Assembly (NCBI GenBank): GCA_964291405.2
Contig: OZ219926.1
Coordinates: 1,696,001-1,760,000 of the forward strand
Origin: Thermodesulfobacteriota bacterium
GTDB lineage: Bacteria > Desulfobacterota > Binatia > Bin18
DNA length: 64,000 nucleotides
Direction: 5' to 3'
Shown here: positions 49,756 through 60,120 of the stretch, in pieces
How positions within the stretch are numbered: position 1 is the first letter of the stretch
Layout: each line of letters starts with the position of its first letter
The notes under the pieces: model-generated
Database searches by the model: none
Told to the model about the DNA's origin: nothing
The model's input: only the letters and a program-made list of their open reading frames with translations
Position numbers and translations under genes: made by a program

Positions 49756-52299
49756 ATGCCTGAGTCTACCTATGCGGAGGCCAGTGTTCAGGACGATACA
49801 CTTGCACACTATCGCTTGTCGTCAGCGCGCTTCGATGAAATGTGTTCAGCCCCAGGCACGGCACGTCCCCACTGGCAATACGCCCTGCGCGCTTTCGACG
49901 CGCTTGGCCCAGCGGAGCTGAGTCGCCGTCGGGACGAAGTCCAACAGGTCTTGCGCGAAAATGGCGTGACCTACAACGTCTATACGGACCCCCAGGGACA
50001 CACGCGACCCTGGGCGCTCGACGTCGTTCCCGCACTCCTCACCAGCCAGGAGTGGCGGACTATTGAACAGGGTCTTATCCAGCGGGCAGAGTTGCTCAAT
50101 CTCATAGGGGCAGACCTGTACGGTCCTCAACAACTCATTCACGACGGTCTGCTCCCGCCCGAGTTGATCTATGCCCATCCCGGCTTTCTACGCCCCTGTC
50201 ACGGTGCGCTGCCCACGCCGGTCCCGTATCTGTGTCTGTATGCCGCTGACCTCGCCAGGGCTCCCGATGGTACCATCAGAGTATTGGATGACCGGACGCA
50301 GGCACCGTCCGGGGCCGGCTACGCCCTGGAAAACCGCTTGGTGTTGTCGCGGATTCTACCCAGCCTGTATCGAGACGCCCAGGTCCATCGCTTATCCCTT
50401 TTTTTCCGAACCCTGCGTTCGACCTTGGCCGCCCTGACACCGTCCCACCAGACGCGGACAGTACTCTTAACTCCAGGGCCGCAGAACGAAACATATTTTG
50501 AACACGCCTATCTGGCCAGCTATCTGGACTATACGCTCGCCCAGGGGGATGACTTAACGGTACGCGACGGCCACCTCTGGTTGAAGACGGTAGGCGGGCT
50601 CCAACAGGTCGGCGTGGTCGTCCGGCGCGTAGACGACACTTTTTGCGATCCCTTAGAGCTACATCGAGAATCGTTGTTAGCCCCCCCCGGGCTACTCCAG
50701 ACGGTGCGGAATAACACTGTCGTGGTGGCTAACCCACTGGGCAGCGGCGTACTCGAAAACCCCGGGCTGATGGCCTACCTGCCTCAGATCGCCAAAGTGT
50801 TGCTCGGCCAGGATCTACGCTTGGCCTCAGTCCCGACCTGGTGGTGTGGTGACGAACAGGCCCGGGCCTATGTCGTGGATCATGTCAAAGATCTGGTCAT
50901 CAAGCCTGTCTTTCCTCACCCCGGTACGGCCACCGTCTATGGAGCTCAGTTGAGCACCCAGGAGCGCGATACCCTTATTCAGAATATCAAGGCCCGCCCC
51001 CATCTCTTTGTCGGCCAGGAACAGGTGGCGTTGTCAACGACGCCGGTGTTTACCGGAGACCACCTGGAGCCACGGCCCATGGTGTTACGCAGTTTCCTGG
51101 TCTCCCGGGACGATGGCTATGTGGCCATGCCGGGCGGGTTAACGCGGGTGACACCGGATGCGGACGGGTGGCTCGTCTCCGGTCAGGCTGGTGGTCTGAG
51201 TAAGGATACCTGGATTCTCGCCTCAGAGCCCGAGAGTCAGTTCAGCCTCATCCCGGCACCCGAGCACTCCGTATCGATTACGCGCAGCGGGGGAGAAGTG
51301 CCCAGCCGGATGGCGGATAATCTGTTCTGGCTCGGACGCTACGTCGAACGCACCGCTGGGGGAGCGCGCGTCTTTCGCGAAGTTCTCCAGCGGGTACTCG
51401 ACACCGAGACCGCTCGGTATGATACCTCCCTGTCGGCCTTTCTTTCGGCCCACACCCATAGCACCGCGACCTATCTGCGTTTTATCGGGTACGGGGAGCG
51501 ACGGCGGCTGACCGTTGCCGAGAAGGAACTGTTCAACACGATTCTAGACGCCAATCGACCGGGCAGCCTGCGTTTTCATCTGAACGCCCTAGTCCACGCC
51601 GGACAGGCTGCGCGCGGCCGGCTGTCTGACGATGCCTGGCGGGCAATCAACCGGCTCGATCATGAGTTGGCCCAGGTCAGGTCCTTGAGCGAGATGCTCG
51701 AAAGCCTGGAACGCCTGATTATTGGGCTCGCCGCGGTGAATGGTCTGAATACCGAAAGTATGGCCCGCGGACACGGATTCCGATTTATGGAAATTGGCCG
51801 CCGGCTTGAACGGGCGCTGTATACGCTCAGCCTCCTGCGGACGGGCTGCGAGCTGCCGTCCGAGACGGAAAAAGTCGTCTGGGAGATGGTACTGGCCATG
51901 ACCGACAGCCTGATGACGTATCGGCGGCGCTACGCCTCAGCCGTACAAGCCGGGGCTGTGTTGGACCTGCTGCTGCTCGACGAGAGCAACCCGCGTTCAG
52001 TCGGCTATCAGCTTGTTCAAATACGGGACCAAGTGGTGGGCCTGCCACGCAAGAAGCCCCTGCCCCACCGGAGCGCCGAAGAACGTATCGTTTTGGAGGC
52101 GCTCACAACCTTACAGGTGACAGACCTGGAGCGCTACTCGACATCCACCTGGGACGAAGACCTGTATGAGACGCTGAGCCAACTGTTTGCCGGTATGAGC
52201 ACGCGCCTGCTCTCGCTGTCGGAGACCTTGAGTCGCGACTATTTCAGCCATATTGAAGTGCAGCAACAGCTCACCGCAACGCGTTCGACTTCGAGATGA
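49756..52299 (+). CDS. Circularly permuted type 2 ATP-grasp protein fused to an alpha-E domain
   Basis: DRTQAPSGAGYALENR, RRVDD, MPGGLTR, SKDTW, then LFWLGRYVER, GRRLERA, NPRSV. Confidence 0.93.
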   Translation: MPESTYAEASVQDDTLAHYRLSSARFDEMCSAPGTARPHWQYALRAFDALGPAELSRRRDEVQQVLRENGVTYNVYTDPQGHTRPWALDVVPALLTSQEWRTIEQGLIQRAELLNLIGADLYGPQQLIHDGLLPPELIYAHPGFLRPCHGALPTPVPYLCLYAADLARAPDGTIRVLDDRTQAPSGAGYALENRLVLSRILPSLYRDAQVHRLSLFFRTLRSTLAALTPSHQTRTVLLTPGPQNETYFEHAYLASYLDYTLAQGDDLTVRDGHLWLKTVGGLQQVGVVVRRVDDTFCDPLELHRESLLAPPGLLQTVRNNTVVVANPLGSGVLENPGLMAYLPQIAKVLLGQDLRLASVPTWWCGDEQARAYVVDHVKDLVIKPVFPHPGTATVYGAQLSTQERDTLIQNIKARPHLFVGQEQVALSTTPVFTGDHLEPRPMVLRSFLVSRDDGYVAMPGGLTRVTPDADGWLVSGQAGGLSKDTWILASEPESQFSLIPAPEHSVSITRSGGEVPSRMADNLFWLGRYVERTAGGARVFREVLQRVLDTETARYDTSLSAFLSAHTHSTATYLRFIGYGERRRLTVAEKELFNTILDANRPGSLRFHLNALVHAGQAARGRLSDDAWRAINRLDHELAQVRSLSEMLESLERLIIGLAAVNGLNTESMARGHGFRFMEIGRRLERALYTLSLLRTGCELPSETEKVVWEMVLAMTDSLMTYRRRYASAVQAGAVLDLLLLDESNPRSVGYQLVQIRDQVVGLPRKKPLPHRSAEERIVLEALTTLQVTDLERYSTSTWDEDLYETLSQLFAGMSTRLLSLSETLSRDYFSHIEVQQQLTATRSTSR

Positions 52300-53384
52300 T
52301 ACGCTATCGCGTCACCCACGTTACCGAATACCGCTATACTGCTTCGGTGCCGCAGTGCCAGAACGAGGCTCACCTCCTCCCGCGCGCCACACCGCGACAA
52401 GAGTGTGAGCACACGCAGCTCCGCATTGAGCCTTCGCCGGCAGTGTGCCAAGACCGGGAAGATTTTTTCGGCAATCGAGTCACCTATTTTGCCATTCAGG
52501 AGCCCCATGCCAGCTTATCGGTGACCGCTCGGAGTGAGGTTCTGATCGTCCCAATCGCCCTACCACAGCTCCGGGCTTCTCCTGCCTGGGAAGAGGTTTG
52601 CCACTCCGTTTCCAAGGACACGAGTCGCGCCGGTATCGAGGCACGGCAATTCCTGCTCGACTCTCCCCTGGTCCACGGCAATACTGAGTTGGCCGCGTAT
52701 GCAGCCACGTCTGAGTTGGCCGCGTATGCAGCCACGTCTTTTACGCCCGACCGACCGCTGTTGGAAGCCGTTGCCGACCTCGTGCAGCGCATCTATCAGG
52801 AGTTCACCTACGAACCCGATGCCACAACAGTCTCAACGCCGCTCAATGAAGTGCTCGATCACCGCCAAGGCGTGTGTCAGGATTTTGCGCATGTGGCTAT
52901 CGGCTGTCTGCGCACACAGGGCATTGCGGCGCGCTACGTCAGCGGCTACCTCGAAACCACTGTTTCAGACGGCCAGCCTCAACTTACGGGTGCCGCAGCT
53001 TCTCATGCCTGGGTGTCGGTGTATTGTCCTGGGCAGGGCTGGATAGATTTCGACCCCACCAATAACAGCATCCCCACCGATCAGCATATTACCGTCGCTT
53101 GGGGCCGGGACTACAGCGATGTGACCCCGTTGAAAGGCATCGTTGTCGGCGGCGGCAGCCCGATCCTTGACGTAGCCGTAACCGCGGAGCGGGGAGGCTG
53201 GCTTCCAGCAGGCATCGGAATAACAGGGGCCTATGCTCGGTCCGGCCCGTTGGGCGCGGGCAACAGCCGGCTGGTGTTGTTGTCCGGTAGCGCCAGCTTG
53301 TCAAAGGCGTGCTCGACCCAGTCGGCGGACAGATTATTGATCGAGCGCCGCAGCCCTTCCTGCCAGACGTTGGACAAATCCTGA
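52296..53384 (+). CDS. Transglutaminase family protein with C-terminal extension
   Basis: HVTEYRY, GVCQDFAH, ARYVSGY, SHAW, DFDPTN, GRDYSDV. Confidence 0.93.
   Translation: MIRYRVTHVTEYRYTASVPQCQNEAHLLPRATPRQECEHTQLRIEPSPAVCQDREDFFGNRVTYFAIQEPHASLSVTARSEVLIVPIALPQLRASPAWEEVCHSVSKDTSRAGIEARQFLLDSPLVHGNTELAAYAATSELAAYAATSFTPDRPLLEAVADLVQRIYQEFTYEPDATTVSTPLNEVLDHRQGVCQDFAHVAIGCLRTQGIAARYVSGYLETTVSDGQPQLTGAAASHAWVSVYCPGQGWIDFDPTNNSIPTDQHITVAWGRDYSDVTPLKGIVVGGGSPILDVAVTAERGGWLPAGIGITGAYARSGPLGAGNSRLVLLSGSASLSKACSTQSADRLLIERRSPSCQTLDKS
52684..52737 (+). repeat. Perfect 27-bp in-frame tandem duplication
   Basis: CTGAGTTGGCCGCGTATGCAGCCACGT twice (ELAAYAATS twice). Confidence 0.9.
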
Positions 53385-54045
53385 AGGTCTTCCTTCTGAT
53401 AGCAGTGCTGGACGATCCGATGGCTGTCCCGGGCGTACAGGACAACGTCCAGGGGAAAATCAACGTTCACCGCGCTGATCCGGGTCGAATCAAAGGCCAG
53501 ACAGCCGACCTTGAGGGCAAACCGCATCGGGTCCTGATAGTGCAGTGTACGATCAAGAATCGGCTTCCCATAACCCGCGGCGCCAATAATGTGATACGGC
53601 GTGCCCTGGCCGATTTCGACCCAGTTGCCTTGGGGGTAGACGAGGTAGAGACGGTGCTCGGGGTCATTCTCAAGCTGCCCGCCAATGCGTTGCCGGCAAT
53701 CACCCGCGTATCGGCAATCCCAACCAGCAGGTTAAACTCAAAGCCGCTCTCCTCCAACGCGGCTTTATCTTCCTTTGCAACCCGACGCACCTGAGCGGCA
53801 AAGGCATTGACGGCCTTGAATAAGCGGTCGAGCGGCTGCTCGCTGTGGGCCAGATTTTCTTCAAAATAAATCAGGGCCTTGTCCCGTGCCGAGCGCAGCC
53901 GAGCACTCATGAGGAACATGGCATGCCGGTCTTTCTGGAACACCGACACTTTTCGGGCGGTAATACGTTCGTTGCCGGCAATCACCCGCGTATCGGCAAT
54001 CCCAACCAGCCCGCCTTGTAGATTCATCCCTAAACAAAACGTCAT
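53231..54045 (-). pseudogene. Proteasome-type (Anbu/NTN) peptidase, frameshifted
   Basis: MTFCLG..ADTR N-terminal Thr; after 53688 the protein continues in another frame as IGGQLENDPEHRLYLVYPQGNW...GYGKPILDR...FDSTR. Confidence 0.85.
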
Positions 54046-54072
54046 GCTCTGCCTCCTGTCCCCGAGCGAGGT

Positions 54073-55032
54073 TTACCGCTCCGTCCCCCCAATCGGCCGC
54101 AGGGCAAAGAAGGTCTCAAAAATCCCGTCCCCGATCAGATTCAATTTGGTTTGCAGCGCGTCGAGAAATTCATGCAGCCCCTGGTGAAGAATCTGTTGCA
54201 CGCCGATATAGGCGAGTTCGGCCCGCAACTGGCCCAGATGCTGTTCGGCCGGATTCCGAAACGTCCCGGCAGGCGTTCCGGAAAGCGCGTGTAAGGATTC
54301 CTGGGCCTGAACCAGGCAGTAATGAATCGCACGCGGAAACTCGCGATCAAGCACGAGAAAATCAATGATATTGTCCGGCGAGATGTGGTGATATTGTTTG
54401 CGGAACATTTCGAGCGCGCTGGTCGAACGCAAGACCGCCGCCCACTGGATATTGTCAAAGGGCGTCCCAATATCGGAAACGGCCGGCAGGAGAATAAAGT
54501 ATTTGACATCGAGAATGCGCGAGGTCTTGTCCGCCCGTTCCAAGAGGCGCCCGACCCGACAGAAATGCCAGCCCTCACCGTGCGATAAGGTCGCATTGGT
54601 TGATCCCTCGAACAGGTGACCGGCCAGTTTCACCTGATGAAAAAAATCGTGCGCAGACTCAATCCCCCGGTCCGCGGCGGCGTTGACCATCAGGTAAAAG
54701 GTATTGATCTGTTCCCACATATCGGACGAGATGATCTCACGCACGGAACGCGCGTTTTCCCGCGCCGCGCGTAAGCAGGAAACAATCGAGTTCGGATTCT
54801 CCCGATCAAAGGCCAGGAACTGAATGACCTGCTCCCGGTCGGCCGTGCCGTAGCGCGTCTTGAACTGGGCATCATCTCCGGTGGCGCTGACCAGCGGCGC
54901 CCACTGTTCGGACGACCCAGCCGGGAGATCAAGGATCATCAACAGGTTGACATCAACAAAACGGGCAATATTCTCGGCTCGTTCGATATAGCGACTCATC
55001 CAGTAGATCGAGTCGGCAACGCGGCTCAACAT
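54073..55032 (-). CDS. Alpha-E domain protein
   Basis: MLSRVADSIYWMSRYIERAEN, ARENARSVRE, GRLLERADKTSRILDVK, FPRA. Confidence 0.95.
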   Translation of the reverse strand: MLSRVADSIYWMSRYIERAENIARFVDVNLLMILDLPAGSSEQWAPLVSATGDDAQFKTRYGTADREQVIQFLAFDRENPNSIVSCLRAARENARSVREIISSDMWEQINTFYLMVNAAADRGIESAHDFFHQVKLAGHLFEGSTNATLSHGEGWHFCRVGRLLERADKTSRILDVKYFILLPAVSDIGTPFDNIQWAAVLRSTSALEMFRKQYHHISPDNIIDFLVLDREFPRAIHYCLVQAQESLHALSGTPAGTFRNPAEQHLGQLRAELAYIGVQQILHQGLHEFLDALQTKLNLIGDGIFETFFALRPIGGTER

Positions 55033-55103
55033 GGTCCTGCGGTTCGCTTTCTCTCCATGACTGCGTCCATCCCTTTTGTGTCAGTTGGTCGGCCTCTCGG
55101 AGT

Positions 55104-56558
55104 CTATGGAGTGGGCGGTGCAACAGCAGGGACCACCCAGGTGTCTTTGCTACCCCCGCCTTGAGAAGAATTGACGACGAGTGAGCCTGCCCGCAAGGCC
55201 ACCCGCGTCAGCCCGCCGGGCAACACATAGATATCCTTGCCGTATAAAATAAACGGACGCAGGTCGAGATGCCGACCGACAAACCGCCCCTCGGCTAAAA
55301 TCGGGGCACGGGACAGGGCCAGCGTGGGCTGGGCAATATAATTGCGCGGGTCTTCCTGGATGAGCCGCGCGAATTGCGTCCGGGCTTCTTCCGAGGCGTG
55401 CGGGCCGACCAGCATGCCGTACCCACCGGACTCATTGGCCGCCTTGACGACCAGACTGTCCAGATGCGCCAAGACATATTGGAGGTCTTTCTCATCCCAG
55501 CACAAATAGGTCGGGACGTTGGGAATGATATTGTCCTCGCCCAAATAGTATTTGATCATTTTGGGAACATAAGCATAGACGACTTTGTCATCGGCCACCC
55601 CGGTTCCAGGCGCATTGACCACGGCGATACGTCCGGCTTTGTACACCTCGAAGAGGCCGGGTACGCCGAGCAGGGAATCGGGGTAAAACACCTGGGGATC
55701 AAGAAAGTCGTCATCAATGCGCCGATACAGAACATCGACCCGCTCCAGCCCCTTGGTCGTCCGCATCTGGACCGTCCCGTCAACAACCACCAGGTCCCGT
55801 CCCTCGACCAGTTCCACACCCATCTGCTGGGCCAGAAAGGAGTGTTCATAGTAGGCCGAGTTATAGATACCGGGGGTCAGCACCGCCACGTTGGGCGACT
55901 GAATATAATCGGGGCAGAGCTGCAAGAGGAGGTCGAGCAGACGGTTCGGATAGTCATCGACCGGAAGAACGTGTGACGCCTCAAAGACCGAGGGAAACGT
56001 CCGCTTCATAATCTCGCGGTTCGCCAGCACGTAGGAGACGCCGGACGGACAGCGCAAATTATCTTCGAGCACGTAGACCTGTCCGTCTCCGTCACGGACC
56101 AGATCAGTCCCGGTGATATGACACCAGACCCCGTTCGGCGGGTTGAGTCCGACGCAGGCCGGGCGAAAGCTGTTGGCCGACTGAATAATCTCGCGCGGAA
56201 TGACCCCGTCCTTGACGATCTTTTGGTCATGATACACATCGTCGAGGAACAGGTTGAGCGCCTGGATGCGTTGCTTGAGGCCACGTTCGATCCATTCCCA
56301 CTCGGACGCCTGCATCATGCGCGGCAGCACGTCAAACGGCCAGACTTTTTCCGCCGCCGCCTTATCGCCATAGACATTAAAGGTGATGCCCATATGGAGC
56401 AGGGCGCGTTCAGCAGCCTGTTGGCGGCGGTTCATCTCTCCGTCCGGCAGCGAGCTGATCAACCGCGCCAGGAGTGCCGCTTCCGGCCGAGGAATCCCGT
56501 CAGGCAGAAACATTTCATCGTAAAATCCACCGGTGTCGTAATTATCGAAACCTGCCAT
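55104..56558 (-). CDS. Circularly permuted type 2 ATP-grasp protein
   Basis: [52 protein letters not shown]. Confidence 0.95.
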   Translation of the reverse strand: MAGFDNYDTGGFYDEMFLPDGIPRPEAALLARLISSLPDGEMNRRQQAAERALLHMGITFNVYGDKAAAEKVWPFDVLPRMMQASEWEWIERGLKQRIQALNLFLDDVYHDQKIVKDGVIPREIIQSANSFRPACVGLNPPNGVWCHITGTDLVRDGDGQVYVLEDNLRCPSGVSYVLANREIMKRTFPSVFEASHVLPVDDYPNRLLDLLLQLCPDYIQSPNVAVLTPGIYNSAYYEHSFLAQQMGVELVEGRDLVVVDGTVQMRTTKGLERVDVLYRRIDDDFLDPQVFYPDSLLGVPGLFEVYKAGRIAVVNAPGTGVADDKVVYAYVPKMIKYYLGEDNIIPNVPTYLCWDEKDLQYVLAHLDSLVVKAANESGGYGMLVGPHASEEARTQFARLIQEDPRNYIAQPTLALSRAPILAEGRFVGRHLDLRPFILYGKDIYVLPGGLTRVALRAGSLVVNSSQGGGSKDTWVVPAVAPPTP

Positions 56559-56623
56559 GCTCTCGCACCCCGAAAAGTATACGCTCCTCTCCCTCAGTCT
56601 GGAGGAGCCCCACCCAGATAGAG

Positions 56624-56639
56624 AGCACACGCTATGCCA
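56624..56639 (-). promoter_or_regulatory. Sigma54 promoter of the ATP-grasp/alpha-E/Anbu operon
   Basis: Minus strand TGGCATAGCGTGTGCT (GG-N10-GC). Confidence 0.7.
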
Positions 56640-56742
56640 AGCCGCTCGCCGCTGACGAAAAACGATGTGACGCGCCGACAGATACACTGAGCGACGGAAG
56701 CCTTTGAGGAAATTTCCTTTTATAACAAAGGAGTTAGAGACG

Positions 56743-56817
56743 AGGGGGCAGGGATTGGGGGTTGGGGAGGGTAGACCTCCCCAGGCACCAATTCCCAAAT
56801 CCCGACCCTTAACCCTC
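56743..56817. repeat. G-rich/C-rich short-repeat palindrome
   Basis: GGG-run units, TGGGGAGG-GTAGA-CCTCCCCA hairpin, then CCC-run units; a similar C-rich tract lies at 60134-60168. Confidence 0.45.
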
Positions 56818-56834
56818 TGCTCATTTTTCAGGCA
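56818..56834. promoter_or_regulatory. NtrC-type enhancer box between divergent sigma54 promoters
   Basis: TGCTCA-TTTTT-CAGGCA, similar to the 38365 box. Confidence 0.6.
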
Positions 56835-57085
56835 GTAGCCAAAAGGGTAGACCTTCCCTTACACCAAACTTCAGCCCATCCTTTCTCCGGCTTCGTAGGG
56901 GTAATCGTCCGGTGTCCGTGCCCGAAAGCGTGTTGTTCAGCCAACATTCTGCTGCTGTAGAAACACTCCTGTACCGTTTTATTTCCTCACGTCTCGTCCC
57001 TCTTCATCCTCCTGTAGCCCGCCAACGCCTGTCCCGGCCTGCCTTTTTTCCTTTTTTCTTGGGTCTTGTTTGATTCCTGTGGGTT

Positions 57086-57101
57086 TGGCCTCGGTCTTGC
57101 T
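57086..57101 (+). promoter_or_regulatory. Sigma54 promoter of the nirB operon
   Basis: TGGCCTCGGTCTTGCT (GG-N10-GC). Confidence 0.75.
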
Positions 57102-57155
57102 CATCTTCATCCCATCAGGCCGTCACTCGTCAGCGGCCGCGAGGAGGACGCATAC

Positions 57156-59684
57156 ATGGCCGGTACGCAAAAAGAGCGGCTTGTGGTGATTGGCAACGGC
57201 ATGGCGGGCGCGCGCGTTGTTGAGGAAATCCTGGCTCGCGACCCTGACCGCTTTGCCATTACCATGTTCGGTGCCGAGCCCTACGGCAACTACAACCGCA
57301 TCCTGCTGTCCAACGTGCTGAACGGCTCGCAGCGTATGGAGGAGACCTTTCTCAATCCCTTAGCCTGGTATGCAGAGCATAACATCCAGCTCCATGCTGG
57401 CGTTAAAGCGACCCTGATCGACCGTGAGCGGCGTGTCGTCACCGGCCGGCCTATGCGAACAGACGCCCCGGCCTATGGGCTCGACGGCTGTGCGCAAGCC
57501 GTGCCGTATATTGAAGAGCCCTACGACAAGGTCATTATCGCCACGGGCTCCCGCCCGTTTGTGCCGCCCATGGAGGGAATGGGGAAGCGGGGTACGTTTC
57601 TCTTTCGGACTATTGATGACTGCGAGCAGATTGCCGCGTATGCCAAGCAGTGTCAGCACGCTGCGGTCATCGGCGGGGGCTTGCTTGGGCTTGAGGCAGC
57701 GCGTGGCCTGCTGACTCACGGGGTCGAGGTCACCGTACTCGAAGCCGCACCGCAGCCCATGAGTGCGCAGCTCGACCCGGAATCCGGCGATCTGCTGAGC
57801 ACGACGTTGCGCCAGATGGACATCAGCGTCCTGCTCGGAAAAATCACCACGCATATTCTCGGTGAAGAACACGTCACCGGGCTGCGGTTCACAGATGGGT
57901 CTGCGCTTGAGACTGACATGGTCGTGGTCAGCGCCGGCATTCGGCCTATTGTCGAAATTGCGACCGACTCCGGCTTGGCAGTTGAGCGCGGAATCGTGTG
58001 TGACGACCAACTGCGGACGAGCGACCCTGGCGTGTTTGCCGTGGGCGAGTGCGTCCAACACCGCGGCGTCATCTATGGGCTAGTTGATCCGATCTGGGAT
58101 CAGGCCCGGACCTTGGCCGATGTCATCACCGAGACGAATCCGGCGTCTCGGTATGAAGGCTCCAAGCTGGCGACCAAACTCAAAGTCATGGGCGTCGAAC
58201 TCGCCTCCATGGGCGAGACCAAAGAAGCCGAGCCCGACGATGAAGTCGTGATCTACCGGGAGCCCTCGCGCGGAGTGTATAAAAAACTGATTATTCGCGA
58301 CAACCGACTGCACGGTGCGATTCTCCTCGGCGAAGCCGACACCGCCAGCACGCTGATGCAGATGTTCAGCCTGGACACCGCACTGCCGGAACGCCGGGCC
58401 GATCTCCTCTTTGGTCCGGCGAATGGCGCCTCGCTGCTGGCTGCGGCCGATTTGCCGGACGAGGCCCAGATTTGCAACTGTAATGGCGTATCCAAAGGCT
58501 GTATCCGCGCCGCGATTGAAACCGAGGGCTGTACGTCCGTCATGCAGGTCGGGGCCAAGACCAAAGCCGGGGCGGGCTGCGGAAGCTGTCAATCCTTGGT
58601 CGCCCAGCTTCTGGAGGCGTATGCGGGCGAGATCCTCGAGGATCCGAGCGAACATTATTATGTCCCCGGTGTCCCGCTACCGAAACCGGAACTCATCGCC
58701 GCCATCAGAAAAAAACAACTGAAAAGCGTCAGCGCGGTCTTTCGAGAACTGGCGGATGGCAAAGAAGACCCAGGCAGCAAGATCGGTCTGGCTTCTCTGC
58801 TCAAGTCCCTCTGGCCGAACGAATACGAGGACGAACGCGACGCACGGTTTATCAATGACCGCGTCCACGCCAATATTCAGCACGACGGCACCTTCAGCGT
58901 GGTTCCCCGTATTTATGGGGGCGTCACCTCCCCGGCCGAACTGAAGCGCATTGCCGAGGTCGCGGAACAGTACAACGCCCGCATGGTCAAAATTACGGGC
59001 GGTCAACGCATCGACTTGTTAGGCATCACAAAAGAAAACCTGCCCAAGGTGTGGCAGGCGCTCGGCATTCCCAGCGGCCATGCCTATACCAAAGCGTTTC
59101 GGACCTGTAAGAGCTGCGTGGGCACAGACTTCTGCCGCTATGGCTTGGGCGACTCGATTGCCCTAGCGCAAAAGATTGAGCGACGCTACCAGGGCGTTGA
59201 ATCCCCCCATAAAATGAAGCTGGCAACCGCCGGTTGTCCGCGCAACTGCTCCGAGGCCTACGTCAAAGATCTGGGCGCGGTGGCCATCGGGGACGGCAAG
59301 TGGGAAATCTATATCGGCGGGGCGGCCGGCGGGACGGTCCGCAAGGGCGATCTGCTGTGTACAGTCGAAGGACATAAGCAGGTCCTCATCTATATGGGCC
59401 GCTTCATCCAGTATTACCGAGAAAATGCCAAATACCTGGAACGTACCTATGGGTTCGCCGAACGCGTTGGTATTGAGCATCTGCGCGCGGTCTTAATCGA
59501 CGATACGGAAGGGATCTGCGAGCGCTTGGACGCAGAGATCGACAAGGCAGTTGCAGCCTATCGGGACCCCTGGTCGACGGAGGCCGTCCAGCCCAGGAAC
59601 GTCAGCCAGTTTGCCGGTCCTCTACCGGTTGAGACCTCGTCTGGGACCTGGAGAGAGACGCCGCGAGAGGAAACCGTCCAATGA
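57156..59684 (+). CDS. nirB: NAD(P)H nitrite reductase large subunit
   Basis: IGNGMAG, YNRILLS, GGGLLGLEAA, CNCNGV..CGSC, CVGTDFCRYG, GCPRNC; GAGGAGG RBS. Confidence 0.96.
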   Translation: MAGTQKERLVVIGNGMAGARVVEEILARDPDRFAITMFGAEPYGNYNRILLSNVLNGSQRMEETFLNPLAWYAEHNIQLHAGVKATLIDRERRVVTGRPMRTDAPAYGLDGCAQAVPYIEEPYDKVIIATGSRPFVPPMEGMGKRGTFLFRTIDDCEQIAAYAKQCQHAAVIGGGLLGLEAARGLLTHGVEVTVLEAAPQPMSAQLDPESGDLLSTTLRQMDISVLLGKITTHILGEEHVTGLRFTDGSALETDMVVVSAGIRPIVEIATDSGLAVERGIVCDDQLRTSDPGVFAVGECVQHRGVIYGLVDPIWDQARTLADVITETNPASRYEGSKLATKLKVMGVELASMGETKEAEPDDEVVIYREPSRGVYKKLIIRDNRLHGAILLGEADTASTLMQMFSLDTALPERRADLLFGPANGASLLAAADLPDEAQICNCNGVSKGCIRAAIETEGCTSVMQVGAKTKAGAGCGSCQSLVAQLLEAYAGEILEDPSEHYYVPGVPLPKPELIAAIRKKQLKSVSAVFRELADGKEDPGSKIGLASLLKSLWPNEYEDERDARFINDRVHANIQHDGTFSVVPRIYGGVTSPAELKRIAEVAEQYNARMVKITGGQRIDLLGITKENLPKVWQALGIPSGHAYTKAFRTCKSCVGTDFCRYGLGDSIALAQKIERRYQGVESPHKMKLATAGCPRNCSEAYVKDLGAVAIGDGKWEIYIGGAAGGTVRKGDLLCTVEGHKQVLIYMGRFIQYYRENAKYLERTYGFAERVGIEHLRAVLIDDTEGICERLDAEIDKAVAAYRDPWSTEAVQPRNVSQFAGPLPVETSSGTWRETPREETVQ

Positions 59685-60109
59685 GCTACAGTCCCGTCAC
59701 GGAAACACCACCGAAACCCAGTCATCCTCGAAACAACTGGTCCCCAACCGACCCAATAGACTCAACTGACCCCATGGACTCCATAGACCCAACCGACTCG
59801 ATGGACCAAATCGACCTCGGCCCGGTTGACTTTATTCCGCTCGGTGAGGGGCGCGCCTATACCTTTGGCGGGAAAACAATAGCTGTGTTCCGTCAGCGGG
59901 ACGGACGTCTTTTCGCCACTGATAATGCATGTCCGCACAAGGCCGGCCCACTGGCCGACGGGCTGGTCGGTTCCGGGAAAGTGATCTGTCCGCTGCATAT
60001 GTGGAAGATCGACCTGGAGACGGGTCGGTGCCTGGGCGAGGATGGTGCTGTCCGGACCTATCCGGTACGCACGGCAAACGGACGGATTCGCATTACGCTG
60101 ACCCCATAG
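59681..60109 (+). CDS. nirD: Nitrite reductase small subunit (Rieske) with repetitive N-terminus
   Basis: CPHKAGPL..CPLH Rieske motif; overlaps the nirB stop (ATGA). Confidence 0.88.
   Translation: MSYSPVTETPPKPSHPRNNWSPTDPIDSTDPMDSIDPTDSMDQIDLGPVDFIPLGEGRAYTFGGKTIAVFRQRDGRLFATDNACPHKAGPLADGLVGSGKVICPLHMWKIDLETGRCLGEDGAVRTYPVRTANGRIRITLTP
59743..59816 (+). repeat. 9-bp-period coding repeat in nirD
   Basis: PTD-PID-STD-PMD-SID-PTD-SMD-QID (CCAATAGAC-like units). Confidence 0.75.
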
Positions 60110-60120
60110 AACGGACCCCG

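Noticed and set aside
53688-54010. 41-bp repeat pair as a DGR template/variable repeat
   Set aside because: Copies are identical with no adenine-specific mismatches, too short, and no reverse transcriptase is in the window
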